Positions 61,944 through 64,000 of a DNA stretch of 64,000 nucleotides are shown here, one piece after another. Position numbers and translations under genes: made by a program. This DNA comes from Alphaproteobacteria bacterium. GTDB taxonomy: Bacteria > Pseudomonadota > Alphaproteobacteria > MPNO01 > UBA830. The notes below the pieces were generated by a model that did no database searches, was not told the origin of the DNA, and saw only the letters and a program-made list of their open reading frames with translations. How positions within the stretch are numbered: the stretch's first letter is position 1; every line of letters begins with the position of its first letter. The stretch lies in contig OZ251539.1 of assembly GCA_965243135.1 (NCBI GenBank), positions 256,001 through 320,000 of the forward strand, read 5' to 3'.

Positions 61944-62597
61944 ATGAAGATCGCGCACCGCTTCGCCCCTGCCGTCGGGGCGCTCGCCCTCCTTTCGCTT
62001 GCTGCGTGCGAAGGCCGGATCCAGGCGCGTCTGGACAACAGCATCGGTCTCACGACATACGAAAACCTGGGCTTGATCGAGCAGAAGCCGATCGGCGTCG
62101 GGCTTGTCGTTGACGAAGACGTCAGAAACGCCTCCGTCAACGTCAAGACGCACAACATCAACTTCACCATGACGGTGGGCGAAGCGCTGGTCGCGCGGCT
62201 GATGCACGCACTTGTCCTGCAGTTCGAGCGGGTTCAACTGCTGGACCGTCCCTCGCTCCCTGCGGGCGGAACCTTGGACGCCCTCATGGTCGTCACGCTC
62301 AAGGACCTCGACGCTACGGTGGGCATCTCCCCAAAATGGAACACCGTCGCGACCGAGAGCTCCGGCTGGATTGAAGTGGAAGCCATCCTCAAGGACGGCG
62401 ACAGCCAAATCCTGTGGGTCGGGACCAGCCGTTCGGAAGCGGAAGCGTCGCAACAGTCGATCGGGGTCGCCGGCGGCCAGGATGCGGGCATGGCGATGAA
62501 CCGGGCGATAGAAGCGACGGTCGCCAAGCTGGTCAATCAGATGTCCGCCTCTTCGTCTCTTCGCGAATACATCGTCGGCCGGTCCCAGGGATCATGA
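61944..62597 (+). CDS. Hypothetical lipoprotein
   Basis: GGAG RBS; signal peptide with lipobox LAAC. Confidence 0.75.
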   Translation: MKIAHRFAPAVGALALLSLAACEGRIQARLDNSIGLTTYENLGLIEQKPIGVGLVVDEDVRNASVNVKTHNINFTMTVGEALVARLMHALVLQFERVQLLDRPSLPAGGTLDALMVVTLKDLDATVGISPKWNTVATESSGWIEVEAILKDGDSQILWVGTSRSEAEASQQSIGVAGGQDAGMAMNRAIEATVAKLVNQMSASSSLREYIVGRSQGS

Positions 62598-63325
62598 CCG
62601 TCCGCAGGCGCTTCCATGTCGTACTCGCCGCCGTTTTCGCGATAGCGTTCGTCGCAGCCTGCGCGCCGCGTTTTCAGTCCAACATAACGCCGATCAAAAG
62701 CCCGACGAGCTATCGGACATCGCATCAGGAAGGCGGGTTGCAGATCGGATTTCACTTTCTCTCTCCCGAGGAGCAGGTCGAGCATTTCGGGGTCGACATG
62801 ACCAAAGCCGACGTCACTCCCGTTCGGATCGTGGTCCGCAACGACGACGCCGACGAATTCTACATCCAGGCCGAGCAGATTTTCGGCAAGACGGCCGACG
62901 GCGATCTCTATCCCGCCTATCGTCTCGATCAATCGATCGAACGCATTCGCAGATCCGAGATCGGGGAAGCGATGGCGCGAGGCGCGATGGCCGGCATTTT
63001 GATCGGCGCCGCCGTCGGAGCTGCGGCCGGGGCCGCCATTGGGCAGGCGACGGCCAGCGATGCCGGCGGCGGCGCCGCGATGGGGGCGGCGACTGCGGGA
63101 ACCGTCGGCGGTCTTTCCGGCGCGAGCGCGAGTGCGGATGCGACGGCGCATGCGATCAAGAAAGAGTTGCGCAAGGTCGATTGGGGAAACCGTGTCGTAT
63201 ATCCCGGTCGCATCGAGCATGGGTTCATGTTCATGAAACCGAACATTTCATACCGGGCGCTCGAAGTTCTGATTTACAACGTCAACGAACGGGCGAACTC
63301 GCGGGTTGCCATACCGGTGAAGTGA
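62594..63325 (+). CDS. Hypothetical lipoprotein with glycine-zipper region
   Basis: ATGA overlap; lipobox VAAC; GAMAGILIGAAVGAAAGAAIG...GAAMGAATAGTVGG. Confidence 0.75.
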   Translation: MTVRRRFHVVLAAVFAIAFVAACAPRFQSNITPIKSPTSYRTSHQEGGLQIGFHFLSPEEQVEHFGVDMTKADVTPVRIVVRNDDADEFYIQAEQIFGKTADGDLYPAYRLDQSIERIRRSEIGEAMARGAMAGILIGAAVGAAAGAAIGQATASDAGGGAAMGAATAGTVGGLSGASASADATAHAIKKELRKVDWGNRVVYPGRIEHGFMFMKPNISYRALEVLIYNVNERANSRVAIPVK

Positions 63326-63629
63326 TTCCGCCCGAACGACGGACGGGTGCGGGCGGTTCGCGGAGACGCCTGCCACGAACCAAACCGACCTGTTCTTCGG
63401 TCTGTCGCGCCGCTGAATCTTCAACCCCGCTACAACGTGGCGCAGAGCGGCGCGGCCGAGGCGCGCGCATCTGCGGAAGCGGCAACGCCCTGGCGGGCGG
63501 AACGCCGGAAAGGAAGGAACCAAACGTCGGACCGCTTGCGACGAGAAAAACTCTGAACGTGCGAACGGCGCACAGCGGGCGCCGGGCCGAAGCTACGGCA
63601 TTTCGGAGTAGAAGCGGCGGCGGACATGA

Positions 63630-64000
63630 AGCTCGAAGGCGACGCTGAAGGCGCAGCTCGCCGCCGAGGTCGCCCACGTCCGGAAAGTGCCGCCCGACCT
63701 GCCGCTGGTCGCCGTCGCCGCGCCCGACAACTGGACGTTTCTCGAGGGGCTTCAGCCCGACGAACGGGCGGTCGACTTCTTTCATGCCGCCTCAGCGAGG
63801 TCGCCGACCACGCGGTCGCAACCGGCTGGTACGACAGGTACCGCGCCGTCCTGCGCGACGACGAAAAGGGCGTCGACAAGGTCGTCCGGGCAATTTCCGC
63901 GACAAGGCGACCGGCGCTCAAGATTCTCGACCGCGAGCTTGCATTCTTCCGTAAGAACAGGAGCGCGCTACGCGAGCCTCAAGGCCATGGGTTACCCGGT
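63630..64000 (+). pseudogene. Degraded transposase fragment (ISKra4/ISLre2-like), runs off window
   Basis: LVAVA..APDNWTFL, VDFFHA, RELAFFRKNR...YASLKAMGYP with frameshifts. Confidence 0.7.

Overview
High-GC bacterial DNA, most consistent with an alphaproteobacterium; a host-associated or marine-symbiont lifestyle is inferred from gene content only. Intact metabolic blocks alternate with decaying accessory zones. The metabolic blocks are: (1) 1-8.8 kb, an SDR/cyclic amidohydrolase/DUF3830-like/deaminase/V4R/TRAP/lactonase-like catabolic operon; (2) 22.7-32.7 kb, grxC plus SDR, an orphan molybdopterin hydroxylase large subunit, an ACMSD-like amidohydrolase, FAH, PhyH, cupin, ornithine-cyclodeaminase-like and HpcH genes; (3) 32.8-43.2 kb, a complete urtABCDE-ureDABCEFG operon with a consensus sigma54 promoter; (4) 55.7-60.9 kb, xsc, an aldehyde dehydrogenase and a membrane protein. 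The accessory zones (9-22 kb, 44-55 kb, 61-64 kb) hold two near-identical AAA-ATPase/PD-(D/E)XK genes that differ in discrete blocks and carry their own leaderless promoter, and a 1559-aa autotransporter whose sigma70 promoter spacer contains a poly-C tract (candidate phase variation). They also contain an IS (18-bp IRs, 9-bp TSD) nested in an ISAzo13-like relic, a 232-bp MITE whose empty site is visible in a paralogous duplication, three TA loci with broken toxins and intact antitoxins, a foreign 2OG-Fe(II) oxygenase plus low-GC 2TM-protein cassette, and several unnamed dispersed repeat families. All calls were made by eye from motifs; no database searches were run.
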